Part shown: one piece after another, positions 55,862-63,620 of the stretch
Layout: the number at the start of each line of letters is the position of its first letter
Position numbering within the stretch: position 1 is the stretch's first letter
Made by a program: the position numbers and the translations under genes
Notes under the pieces: generated by a model
Databases searched by the model: none
The model's input: the letters and a program-made list of their open reading frames with translations, nothing else
Told to the model about the DNA's origin: nothing
From: Candidatus Lindowbacteria bacterium RIFCSPLOWO2_12_FULL_62_27
Lineage (GTDB): Bacteria; Lindowbacteria; 2-12-FULL-62-27
Assembly: GCA_001784175.1 (NCBI GenBank)
Contig: MFPR01000037.1
Coordinates: 23,959-87,958 of the forward strand
DNA: 64,000 bases
Reading direction: 5' to 3'

Positions 55862-56891
55862 GCTTGTCGAGCCCCGGCCGTTTGAGGGGGCTCTTGCGAA
55901 AAATCCTCTGATATTCGTCCGGCGGCATTGCGGCCAGATCGCCCGGCTGGATCGAGCGGTAGGCTTCACGTGTCCGAAACGCCGCCTCGATCGCCGTCGC
56001 GGGACCGGCATCCGCCGGGATCGGGCGGTTCCACGGGCAGACCTCCTGGCAGATGTCGCATCCGAAAAGGTTGCCGTGCAGTTGTTCGCCGATGTCGGAC
56101 GGGATGGCCGTTTTCGTTTCGATCGTGTGATACGAAATGCAGCGCGTGGCGTCCAGAACGTACGGCGAAACAATCGCGCCCGTCGGACACGCCTCCATAC
56201 AGCGCGTGCATGCGCCGCACCGGTCCGCGGCGGGCCGATCGGCGGGTAGCGGCAGATCGGTGACGATTTCGGCGAGCAGGAGGTAGGAACCAAGCGATTC
56301 GTTCAGGAGCAGCGAGTTTTTTCCGACCCATCCGAGGCCGGCGGCGGCCGCGTGGTTTTTTTCGAGGATCGGTCCGGTGTCGATGTACCCCCGCGTTTCC
56401 GCGGCGCGGCCGCCTTCCCGCAGCGTCACGTCGCGAATGAATGTCTCGAGGTCCTCCAGCGGCCTGTCGAGCGCGTCATGGTAATCGTCGCCCTGCGCGT
56501 ATCGGGCGATATGCCCCGCGATTCCCTCGTCCGGCCGGCCGGCCGGATGTCGGTAGGCCACGCAGACAAGGCTTTGGGCCCATGGAAATTTTTCACGCAG
56601 GTTTTTCCGCACGGCGGCCGTTCGACGGAGATAATCCATTTCTCCGGCGTATCCTCTTGCAAGCCAGATGTCGAGAAACTCACTGCGCGCCGGCGGATCG
56701 GCGGGAGCGATGCCCGCGCGATGAAATCCGGCCTCGACCGCCCTTTCTTTGATGCGAGCAGCGAGTGCGGCTAGGTCGATTGCAAAAGCGCTCGGACCCG
56801 GCTCAGGCGGCGCTGGAAGTCCGCGTCGCTGAGCGCCGGAGTTGCGTCGTCGGTGGGAATCGGATCGTCGAGACGAATCCATGAAACACAT
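55719..56891 (-). CDS. queG: Epoxyqueuosine reductase
   Basis: CGACTRCMEACPTGAI and CDICQEVCPWN ferredoxin motifs plus ...GLGWVGKNSLL. The start is uncertain. The C-terminal tail overlaps the transporter gene convergently. Confidence 0.8.
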   Translation of the reverse strand: MCFMDSSRRSDSHRRRNSGAQRRGLPAPPEPGPSAFAIDLAALAARIKERAVEAGFHRAGIAPADPPARSEFLDIWLARGYAGEMDYLRRTAAVRKNLREKFPWAQSLVCVAYRHPAGRPDEGIAGHIARYAQGDDYHDALDRPLEDLETFIRDVTLREGGRAAETRGYIDTGPILEKNHAAAAGLGWVGKNSLLLNESLGSYLLLAEIVTDLPLPADRPAADRCGACTRCMEACPTGAIVSPYVLDATRCISYHTIETKTAIPSDIGEQLHGNLFGCDICQEVCPWNRPIPADAGPATAIEAAFRTREAYRSIQPGDLAAMPPDEYQRIFRKSPLKRPGLDKLRESARRISGPASPETSAGETTRPEAPAPTLRSSEPQNTPSAGNSKK

Positions 56892-57349
56892 CCTCCGTAC
56901 TTCGTCTTGACCGCGATATCGACCGCCCGCGGCAGCCGGTACACCCGGACCGCCATCGCCGTCAGCGGCTCGCCCGGCCGGAACTCGTATCTTTTGAGGA
57001 TCTCTTCGACCGTGTACACGTACTCAGGCGCCAGCGCCCGCAATTTGTCCTGGGTGTCGATCGCGAACGTTTCGATCACGCGGGCGGCCGCCCGTATGCT
57101 CGCCCGGCCGTCCGGTGGCCGTTCCGCGAGGGCTTCGTCCATCAGATGCCGGTGTTCCGGCCGGAGCTTGTCCGGCGTCTGATGAAAGCCGGTCGGATAC
57201 AGGTAAAAGGCGTCGGTGTCGGCCGAGAATCCGTCTTCGCGGACGCCGCCTTTTCTCAGGATCAGAATCTGCGCCCCGCGCTCCAGGGCGTGGACCACCG
57301 CCGCCCATTCCTTCAGCGCCGCGCCCCGGTCCACCGTCACTGCGGACAT
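56771..57349 (-). CDS. DUF1802-family protein
   Basis: LKEWAAVVHALERGAQILILRKGGVRE...FYLYPTGFHQ. Start trimmed to ATG 57349, 2 nt after the DoxX stop. Confidence 0.65.
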   Translation of the reverse strand: MSAVTVDRGAALKEWAAVVHALERGAQILILRKGGVREDGFSADTDAFYLYPTGFHQTPDKLRPEHRHLMDEALAERPPDGRASIRAAARVIETFAIDTQDKLRALAPEYVYTVEEILKRYEFRPGEPLTAMAVRVYRLPRAVDIAVKTKYGGCVSWIRLDDPIPTDDATPALSDADFQRRLSRVRALLQST

Positions 57350-57351
57350 GA

Positions 57352-57819
57352 TTACCAGAGATAGGCGTTGGAGAATTTCTTGCTGAGAAAATAGTCGATC
57401 CCCATGAACCGCCCGGCGGCGGCGCAGAGAAGGAGAAGCTGGATGAGGATGAAAAAGGCGTTGTTGTCGAAGGTCAGGAAACTGCCGCTCGTGGCGATGA
57501 AAAAATTCGCGTTCATGAAAATCCCGCAGACACAGGCCAGCCGCGTGGCGGTCCCGGACAGAAGCGCCGCGCCCACCGCCATCTCGCCCAGCACCACCAT
57601 CCAGGCCAGGAGTTTCGAGTGCGGCAGATAGTAGCCCTGGATCAGGGCCGAGCCGATCGTGTTGGGCTCGCAGGCGGCGAGTTTGACGTTCAGAAAATGC
57701 GCGATATCCTCGCCCGTGGTATAGGGCGGCGTTTGCGTCCATTTGGACCAGCCCGCCATCAGAAACAGGTAGCCGACATAGAGGCGAAGAAGCAGAATGG
57801 CAAAACGTTCAGATTTCAT
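57352..57819 (-). CDS. DoxX-family membrane protein
   Basis: 155 aa with four hydrophobic helices; RLYVGYLFLMAGWSKW. Confidence 0.7.
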   Translation of the reverse strand: MKSERFAILLLRLYVGYLFLMAGWSKWTQTPPYTTGEDIAHFLNVKLAACEPNTIGSALIQGYYLPHSKLLAWMVVLGEMAVGAALLSGTATRLACVCGIFMNANFFIATSGSFLTFDNNAFFILIQLLLLCAAAGRFMGIDYFLSKKFSNAYLW

Positions 57820-57835
57820 GCGGCCGTCCCGCCCG

Positions 57836-58648
57836 CTATTCCAAAAGCCGGCCGGCGTTCTGCCGGTTGATGTTTCCCTGAGCGGTCCCCAGAAGTCCCG
57901 CGTTTTCCCGAACGGCGTTCAGCGTCAGCTCGACCAGTTCAAGCGCGGCGTCGGCGTCCTCGATTCGGGCCTGGGCGGCGGTTTGACTTTCCCTGGAGGC
58001 GAGCGCGGTATTCAGGGCCGAGTCCAGCCGCCGGAGCGTCGATCCGATGTCGGCCCGCTCGGTCGCGACCGTGTTCACCGCTCCCTGCGCCACGCCGATG
58101 GCGGTCTGGACGCCCGCGGCGGTGGTCACATCGAGGCCGGCCAGACCCAGAGCGTCGGACCGGGCATCGGACAGGATGAGGGTGAGGGTGTCCGGAGCGT
58201 TGGCGCCGAGTTGAACCGTGCCGGAGAATGCGCCGGACAGAAGTTTCTGCCCGTTGAATTCGACGGATTCCGCGAACCGGTCGATTTCCTGCGTGACCTG
58301 ATCGATTTGCGTCTGAATCTGTTTCCGGTCTTCCGCGTTCAGCGTCCCGTTGGCGGCGCGGCCGGACAAATCATTGATTTGGCCGGCGAGGTCCTGGATT
58401 TGTGAGAGTCCGGCGTCGGCGGTCTGCACCAGGGACGCAAAATCCTGGATGTTGCGGCTCGCTACGTTCAGCCCACGGCTCTGGAGGTTGATGCGTTCCG
58501 CAACCGACGCGCCGGCTGCGTCATCGGCGGTTTCCTGGATTCGAAGTCCGGACGCGATGCGGGCGAGTTGCTTGCCGATTTCGGAATGCGTGACCTGGTG
58601 TTGCCGCAGAGCGGAGATCAAATTGTCGTCATGAACTTGGATGGCCAT
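57836..58648 (-). CDS. Flagellin (short, no variable domain)
   Basis: About 270 aa: ...LARIASGLRIQETADDAAGASVAERI..., C-terminus ARIEDADAALELVELTLNAVRENAGLLGTAQGN. ATG 58648 is preceded by GGGAGGGA. Confidence 0.8.
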   Translation of the reverse strand: MAIQVHDDNLISALRQHQVTHSEIGKQLARIASGLRIQETADDAAGASVAERINLQSRGLNVASRNIQDFASLVQTADAGLSQIQDLAGQINDLSGRAANGTLNAEDRKQIQTQIDQVTQEIDRFAESVEFNGQKLLSGAFSGTVQLGANAPDTLTLILSDARSDALGLAGLDVTTAAGVQTAIGVAQGAVNTVATERADIGSTLRRLDSALNTALASRESQTAAQARIEDADAALELVELTLNAVRENAGLLGTAQGNINRQNAGRLLE

Positions 58649-58736
58649 CTGGGTTCCCTCCCAATGAATTGTACGCCCCCAACTCCTTTGGGGTCTCCCG
58701 CCCACCGCGGGCTTAGGCGTTTTGGCGTGTCATTCA

Positions 58737-58765
58737 AGTCTATCGAACGCCTTGGGGGCTGTCAA
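58737..58765 (-). promoter_or_regulatory. Candidate sigma-70-like promoter upstream of the short flagellin
   Basis: Minus strand reads TTGACA-N17-TAGACT, about 90 nt upstream of the ATG. No TAAA/GCCGATAA pair was found here. Confidence 0.3.
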
Positions 58766-58875
58766 GAATCCGGCTGCGGCTTGTCGACGTCTGATTCATT
58801 CATCGTCACGTTCGGGCTGCGACTTGAGTGATCCGGGCACTTGCGGGTGGCGGGTTCCGCATATATTTTCTGTTT

Positions 58876-59607
58876 GTGACTTCAGACTCCACTGGAACGC
58901 TTTACTTGATTCCCACGGCCCTGGGTCCGGCCGGCGATGCGGGATGCGTCGACGAGCGTGTCCGGGAGATTGTCCGGTCGCTGGACGGGCTGGTCGCGGA
59001 AAGCCGCAAGGGCGCGCTGTTGTTTCTCCGGACGGCCGGCAGCATGGACCGGAGCGGGACGATGCCGATTCGGTTGTTGAACGAACATTCCCGGCCCGCG
59101 GACCTGGAGGATCTGATCGAACCTGTCGCTCAGGGCGGTCCGTGGGGCTTGGTGTCGGACACGGGTTGTCCGGCCGTGGCGGACCCCGGCGCGGGGTTGG
59201 TGCGTCTCGCGCATCAAAAGGGGATCCGTGTCCGCCCTCTGGCCGGCCCCTCGGCGGTGTTGCTGGCGCTCATGGCGTCCGGCCTGAACGGCCAGCGGTT
59301 CGTGTTTCACGGATATCTTTCGCGGATCGCGCAGGACAGAAAAAAGCAGATCAAAGAAATGGCCGCCGACTGCAAACGGAACGACCGGACCCACCTCTGG
59401 ATCGAAACACCGTACCGGAATCTGGCCGTGTTCGACGACCTGATCCGTCATGTCGAGCCTTCCCTCCATCTGTGCCTCGCCGTCGATCTGACGCTCCCGA
59501 CCGAGGACATCCGGACGCGCACGGTCGGCGGCTGGCGCGCAGCGTCCAAACCAGACCTGAAGGACCGGCCGGCTGTTTTTCTCCTCGGCCGGCCGGCGAT
59601 GATATAA
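58876..59607 (+). CDS. Tetrapyrrole-methylase-fold SAM-dependent methyltransferase (RsmI/YraL-like)
   Basis: GTLYLIPTALG..., GLVSDTGCPAVADPG and AGPSAVLLALMASGLNG. GTG 58876 is preferred as start; the ORF opens at 58828. Confidence 0.7.
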   Translation: MTSDSTGTLYLIPTALGPAGDAGCVDERVREIVRSLDGLVAESRKGALLFLRTAGSMDRSGTMPIRLLNEHSRPADLEDLIEPVAQGGPWGLVSDTGCPAVADPGAGLVRLAHQKGIRVRPLAGPSAVLLALMASGLNGQRFVFHGYLSRIAQDRKKQIKEMAADCKRNDRTHLWIETPYRNLAVFDDLIRHVEPSLHLCLAVDLTLPTEDIRTRTVGGWRAASKPDLKDRPAVFLLGRPAMI

Positions 59608-59608
59608 T
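59600..59608 (+). promoter_or_regulatory. Candidate extended -10 promoter (TGaTATAAT) giving a near-leaderless transcript
   Basis: TGATATAAT ends 8 nt before ATG 59617, and no Shine-Dalgarno lies in the 9-nt gap. There is no good -35 element. Confidence 0.3.
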
Positions 59609-59616
59609 ATCCGCAC

Positions 59617-61047
59617 ATGAACTCCCCTGCGGACTATTACGCCGATCCCCACGTGCGTGAGCGGATCGCCGAATATTGTGGCGGCGTTGGCGCGGAGCCG
59701 ATGTCTTTTTCGGCGGAGTATCTGGTCGGATACGGCGCCTATCTGAAATCGTCGGCGCACAAGGAATATTTCTCGTCGGACGTTTCCAACTTTCACTGGA
59801 TTCTCGATCACGGCCTCGACATTTTCAGGTCGGTCTGGGACAAGGAGTCGACGGTGGTGGTCTTGGACGTCGAATACTTCAATATCGATTATCCCGGCGA
59901 AATCTATCATGACCCGGCCGCCTGTTTTCTCAAGCTGGAGCCGTTCCATGAAGTCGTTCAGAAAAAATTTCAGGAATGGGGGATTCCCCATCTCACCATC
60001 ATGACCGGGCAGGGCTACCATTTCGCTTTCAAAGTCCTTGCCGATTCGCCGGCCGACCAAACGCTGGAGCGGATCGGCTGCCTGCCCGACTCCCTGGTGG
60101 GCAAGTACACCGCGACGTCCGAGCACCGGCACCGGCGCGTGTCGCTGAAACACGGGCGCGCCTTCGACGGATTGGGCCGGGTCATGGAGTACGTCGGCCA
60201 CGAACTCGTGCGGGCCACGGCGGGCGTCGGGCCGGTCCCGGTCGTGTTTTCGGATATTGCGGTCGGCAGCGTTGATGGGCGGTACCGGGAGGCCATCTCC
60301 GTGGATCTGACGGCCTACGGCGACCCGATTTTCATGAGGGACATTCGTTGCCCCTTCTCCACGCATCAAAAGCACAAAGTACAGGTCTACAAGGTCGGAC
60401 AACGCATCGCGCGGGAAATCCCCGTGCAGATTTCCCTGCCGCGCCGGCCGGATACCCCGCTCCACGACCTGCTGACCCGCCGGCGAAACTTCGCGGCCGC
60501 CGCCGAAGTGGCGAAGACGGGCGACTGCATCCTGCCGGGCGCGGATGATCCGTTCGACAGGCTGATCCGGACGTATCTCGAAAGTCCCCTTGCGGCCTTT
60601 CACCGGGAATTCGATTCGGCCGATCACGACCCCTGGCAGGCGTGGCCGCGCACCTATGACCGGTTGAAACTGTCAAACCTTCCGCCCTGCATCGCCCTGC
60701 CGATCCGGCACCCCAACCCGAGCCTCCTGCAGCCGACGCATGTCCAGAACGTCGTGCGATATCTCTTCATGAACGGGTGGCATCCCAAGCATATCGGCGG
60801 GCTGATCCGGTCCAAATACGAGCGTCCCTACGGCTGGTCGGAGGACTGGACCCATTTCGACGCCTGCAGCCGCGCCAATTTCTGGGCCCGGCTCTACGCC
60901 GGCGCCCTGGCGGCGGGCCTCGACGGTCTCACCGATTTCAACTGCGTGTCCATGCAGGAGCGCCGGCTCTGCCCCAAACCCTGGTGCGGCCACAACCTCG
61001 CCGACATCCGCCCGCGGCCGGCCGCCCTGCGGCGATCGGCAAAGTGA
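59617..61047 (+). CDS. Archaeo-eukaryotic primase (PriS-like) catalytic domain fused to a PriL-CTD-like cysteine domain
   Basis: 476 aa with VVLDVEY (motif I), MTGQGYHFAF (motif II) and ISVDLT...RDIRCPFSTHQKHK (motif III region). The C-terminal half has LPPCIALP plus Cys417, 443, 452 and 457. Assignment is by remembered motifs only. Confidence 0.55.
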   Translation: MNSPADYYADPHVRERIAEYCGGVGAEPMSFSAEYLVGYGAYLKSSAHKEYFSSDVSNFHWILDHGLDIFRSVWDKESTVVVLDVEYFNIDYPGEIYHDPAACFLKLEPFHEVVQKKFQEWGIPHLTIMTGQGYHFAFKVLADSPADQTLERIGCLPDSLVGKYTATSEHRHRRVSLKHGRAFDGLGRVMEYVGHELVRATAGVGPVPVVFSDIAVGSVDGRYREAISVDLTAYGDPIFMRDIRCPFSTHQKHKVQVYKVGQRIAREIPVQISLPRRPDTPLHDLLTRRRNFAAAAEVAKTGDCILPGADDPFDRLIRTYLESPLAAFHREFDSADHDPWQAWPRTYDRLKLSNLPPCIALPIRHPNPSLLQPTHVQNVVRYLFMNGWHPKHIGGLIRSKYERPYGWSEDWTHFDACSRANFWARLYAGALAAGLDGLTDFNCVSMQERRLCPKPWCGHNLADIRPRPAALRRSAK

Positions 61048-61097
61048 TATCATGATATCATGATGGCTATCATGATATCATGATATCATGATATCAC
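61044..61097. repeat. Tandem palindromic 8-mer array (TGATATCA) forming a 21-bp hairpin
   Basis: GTGATATCA TGATATCA TGATggctATCA TGATATCA TGATATCA TGATATCA C: five perfect units plus one interrupted. 61044-61064 pairs perfectly with 61077-61097. Confidence 0.9.
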
Positions 61098-61098
61098 C

Positions 61099-62400
61099 TT
61101 GGCCGGGCGCCCGTCTTTTTCGGAGGCGTTCCAGTTCTGGCTTAAACTCGGGTTCATCAGTTTCGGCGGGCCTGGCGGCCAGATCGCGATCATGCATGCC
61201 GAGCTGGTCGAAAGGAAACGGTGGATTTCGGAAGAACGGTTTCTTCATGCGCTGAACTACTGCATGATGTTGCCCGGCCCCGAGGCCCAGCAGCTCGCCA
61301 CGTACATGGGGTGGCTCCTGCACCGGACCGCCGGCGGCGTGGTGGCGGGTGCGCTGTTTGTGCTCCCGTCGTTTTTCATTCTGGTCGCCTTGAGCTGGGT
61401 GTATGTGACCTACGGGGCCGTTTCGTCCATTGCGGCGATGTTTTACGGCCTCAAGGCCGCCGTCCTGTCCATCGTTGCCGCCGCCGTGATCCGGATCGGC
61501 TGGAGGGCGCTCAAGAACGAGATGATGGTGATGCTCGCCGCATTGAGTTTTGTCGGAATATTTTTTGGCGGCGTTCCCTTTCCACTCATTATTATTTCTG
61601 CGGCGGTCATTGGGCTCATCGGCAGCCGGCTCCGGCCGGACAAATTCTGTACCATTGGGGGGAATCGAACCGACCCCCCTCCCGGCATCGGCTCCCACGC
61701 TGATCCATTGGAAGAACATACCCGGCCAAGTTGGCGCCGGGCCCTGACTGTTTTGGTTGTCTGTCTGACACTGTGGACCGGCGCGCTGGCCTGTCTCGCT
61801 GTCTGGGGCGGATCGGCGGGCATTTTTTATAAAATGGGGAAATTCTTTTCGAAAGCCGCAATGGTGACGTTCGGCGGCGCGTATGCGGTCCTGCCGTACA
61901 TCGCCCAGGCCGGCGTCGAAACCTATCACTGGCTTCAGCCGGGGCAGATGATCGACGGGCTGGGCCTCGCGGAAACCACGCCGGGGCCGCTCATTATGGT
62001 CGTCACGTTTGTCGGATACGTGGGCGCCTGGTCGAACCCGGCCGGCTTGACGCCGCCGGTGGCAGGGTTCGTGGGGGCGCTGGTCGCCACCTATTTCACG
62101 TTTCTGCCGTCATTCCTCTGGATTTTTCTGGGCGCGCCGTATATCGAGCGCACACGGGGCAACGCGCATCTGATGGGCACGCTTTCGGCCATCACAGCGG
62201 CCGTGGTTGGCGTGATCCTGAATCTGGCGGTTTTCTTCGGACTCCACGTTTTTTTTCCAACGCCGGGGGCCGTTGACTGGGCATCGTTCGTTCTGGCGGT
62301 CGTGACGTTTGTTGGTTTGTGGAAATTCAAATGGGATGTGGTGTACGTGGTATTGGGGAGTGCCATGGCAGGCCTGGCCTACCGTGCGATCGTCCATTAG
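61099..62400 (+). CDS. chrA: Chromate transporter ChrA
   Basis: 433 aa with FWLKLGFISFGGPGGQIAIMH and a second repeat ...MVTFGGAYAVLPYI, the duplicated CHR domain. TTG 61099 is the only canonical in-frame start after the stop at 61081. Confidence 0.85.
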   Translation: MAGRPSFSEAFQFWLKLGFISFGGPGGQIAIMHAELVERKRWISEERFLHALNYCMMLPGPEAQQLATYMGWLLHRTAGGVVAGALFVLPSFFILVALSWVYVTYGAVSSIAAMFYGLKAAVLSIVAAAVIRIGWRALKNEMMVMLAALSFVGIFFGGVPFPLIIISAAVIGLIGSRLRPDKFCTIGGNRTDPPPGIGSHADPLEEHTRPSWRRALTVLVVCLTLWTGALACLAVWGGSAGIFYKMGKFFSKAAMVTFGGAYAVLPYIAQAGVETYHWLQPGQMIDGLGLAETTPGPLIMVVTFVGYVGAWSNPAGLTPPVAGFVGALVATYFTFLPSFLWIFLGAPYIERTRGNAHLMGTLSAITAAVVGVILNLAVFFGLHVFFPTPGAVDWASFVLAVVTFVGLWKFKWDVVYVVLGSAMAGLAYRAIVH

Positions 62401-63494
62401 GCGGCCGTGGTGGCCCGTTCAACCAGCCTGCGGATTCCGGGCGATGCGAGTCGAAGAGCGGCGGATGCGAGAAAAGGGGCCCGAAGCAGACGGGCGGCGA
62501 AATGAAGCAACGGCCGGTTGGGGCGATGGGGGTCTCTTCTCAAAAGCCGGCCATATTCTCGAGCCGCTCTCACGGGATCGTTCTGATATTTTTCCAGCGC
62601 GACTCCCATCAACCGGGCCTGCCGGAGCGCCCGGGCGATGCCGTCGCCGAACGCCGATTCGCTCATGCCGGCGGAATCCCCGACGATAAAAATGGGCGCC
62701 GTCATTTTTGCTCCGGCCGAAATTTCCGCCGCGCAGGCCGGAACCTGGAATAGGGCCGCCCGCGCATCGGCGGGGATGAGGTCGGCCCAAGCCGGAATCT
62801 CCGAACACAATCGGCCGCCAAATCCCGGCCGTCCCGGGGCCAATCGGCGATAAGCATCGGCCGAAAGAAGGCCCGCAAGGTTGAGGCCGTTCAATCCAAG
62901 ATCACACAGGCCCACATATCCGCTTTCAATAGCCGCCAGCGCCACCGCGCCGTTCAGCCGGGCTGCCAATCGCGTTGAAAATCCATAGACGAGTTTGAAC
63001 TTGGATCGGACAAATCCCAATTTTCTGGCCGCGAATGAATTCGCGCCTTCGGCCACCACCAGCAATTCGGCCCTGAAGAGGTCATTTCCGACTCGAACCT
63101 TGATCCGCCCTTCTGAAAGCTCAGCGACGTCGCCGGACACTTGCGTCCGAATCATTACGCCGCAGGCCTGCGCTGCGTCGATCAGAGATTCGGAGAGCGC
63201 CCGTCGTTCGGCGCCGACGGCGCCCGGCGAGATCGGGAATTCCCTCATGAACGGCCCCGCGAGAATCTGCACGCGGCTGATGGGTGCGCCCTCCGGCGGG
63301 CGGCCGACCAGCCGGCGCACTTCCTCGGCCGCGCTCGGATGAAGGAATTCTCCACAGCACTTTTGTTGCGGCAACGCCCGCCGCTCAAAGACCTGCACCT
63401 GGGCGCCGGACCGGGCCAGCCGGATGGCCGCCGCGAGGCCGGCGGGGCCGGCGCCCAGCACGATGGCGTCGTACACGAGGTTGGACCGGTTCAT
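62397..63494 (-). CDS. FAD-dependent oxidoreductase (geranylgeranyl-reductase-like)
   Basis: YDAIVLGAGPAGLAAAIRLARSGAQVQVFER dinucleotide-binding motif and ...IFIVGDSAG. Confidence 0.75.
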   Translation of the reverse strand: MNRSNLVYDAIVLGAGPAGLAAAIRLARSGAQVQVFERRALPQQKCCGEFLHPSAAEEVRRLVGRPPEGAPISRVQILAGPFMREFPISPGAVGAERRALSESLIDAAQACGVMIRTQVSGDVAELSEGRIKVRVGNDLFRAELLVVAEGANSFAARKLGFVRSKFKLVYGFSTRLAARLNGAVALAAIESGYVGLCDLGLNGLNLAGLLSADAYRRLAPGRPGFGGRLCSEIPAWADLIPADARAALFQVPACAAEISAGAKMTAPIFIVGDSAGMSESAFGDGIARALRQARLMGVALEKYQNDPVRAAREYGRLLRRDPHRPNRPLLHFAARLLRAPFLASAALRLASPGIRRLVERATTAA

Positions 63495-63620
63495 CTTTCA
63501 TCCCACCCTTTCTGATATACATTCTAATACAGAAATCGTTTCCAAGTGGATTCGGATGATATCTCTTGCTACGATCCGTCCCGCAACGTCACAACGCCAA
63601 ATTCCAAGGAGGTGCAAGAC

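Noticed and set aside
61044-61097. Whether the tandem repeat is a mini CRISPR array.
   Set aside because: The units are 8 nt and contiguous, with no spacers, and no cas genes are present in the window. It is a simple palindromic tandem repeat.
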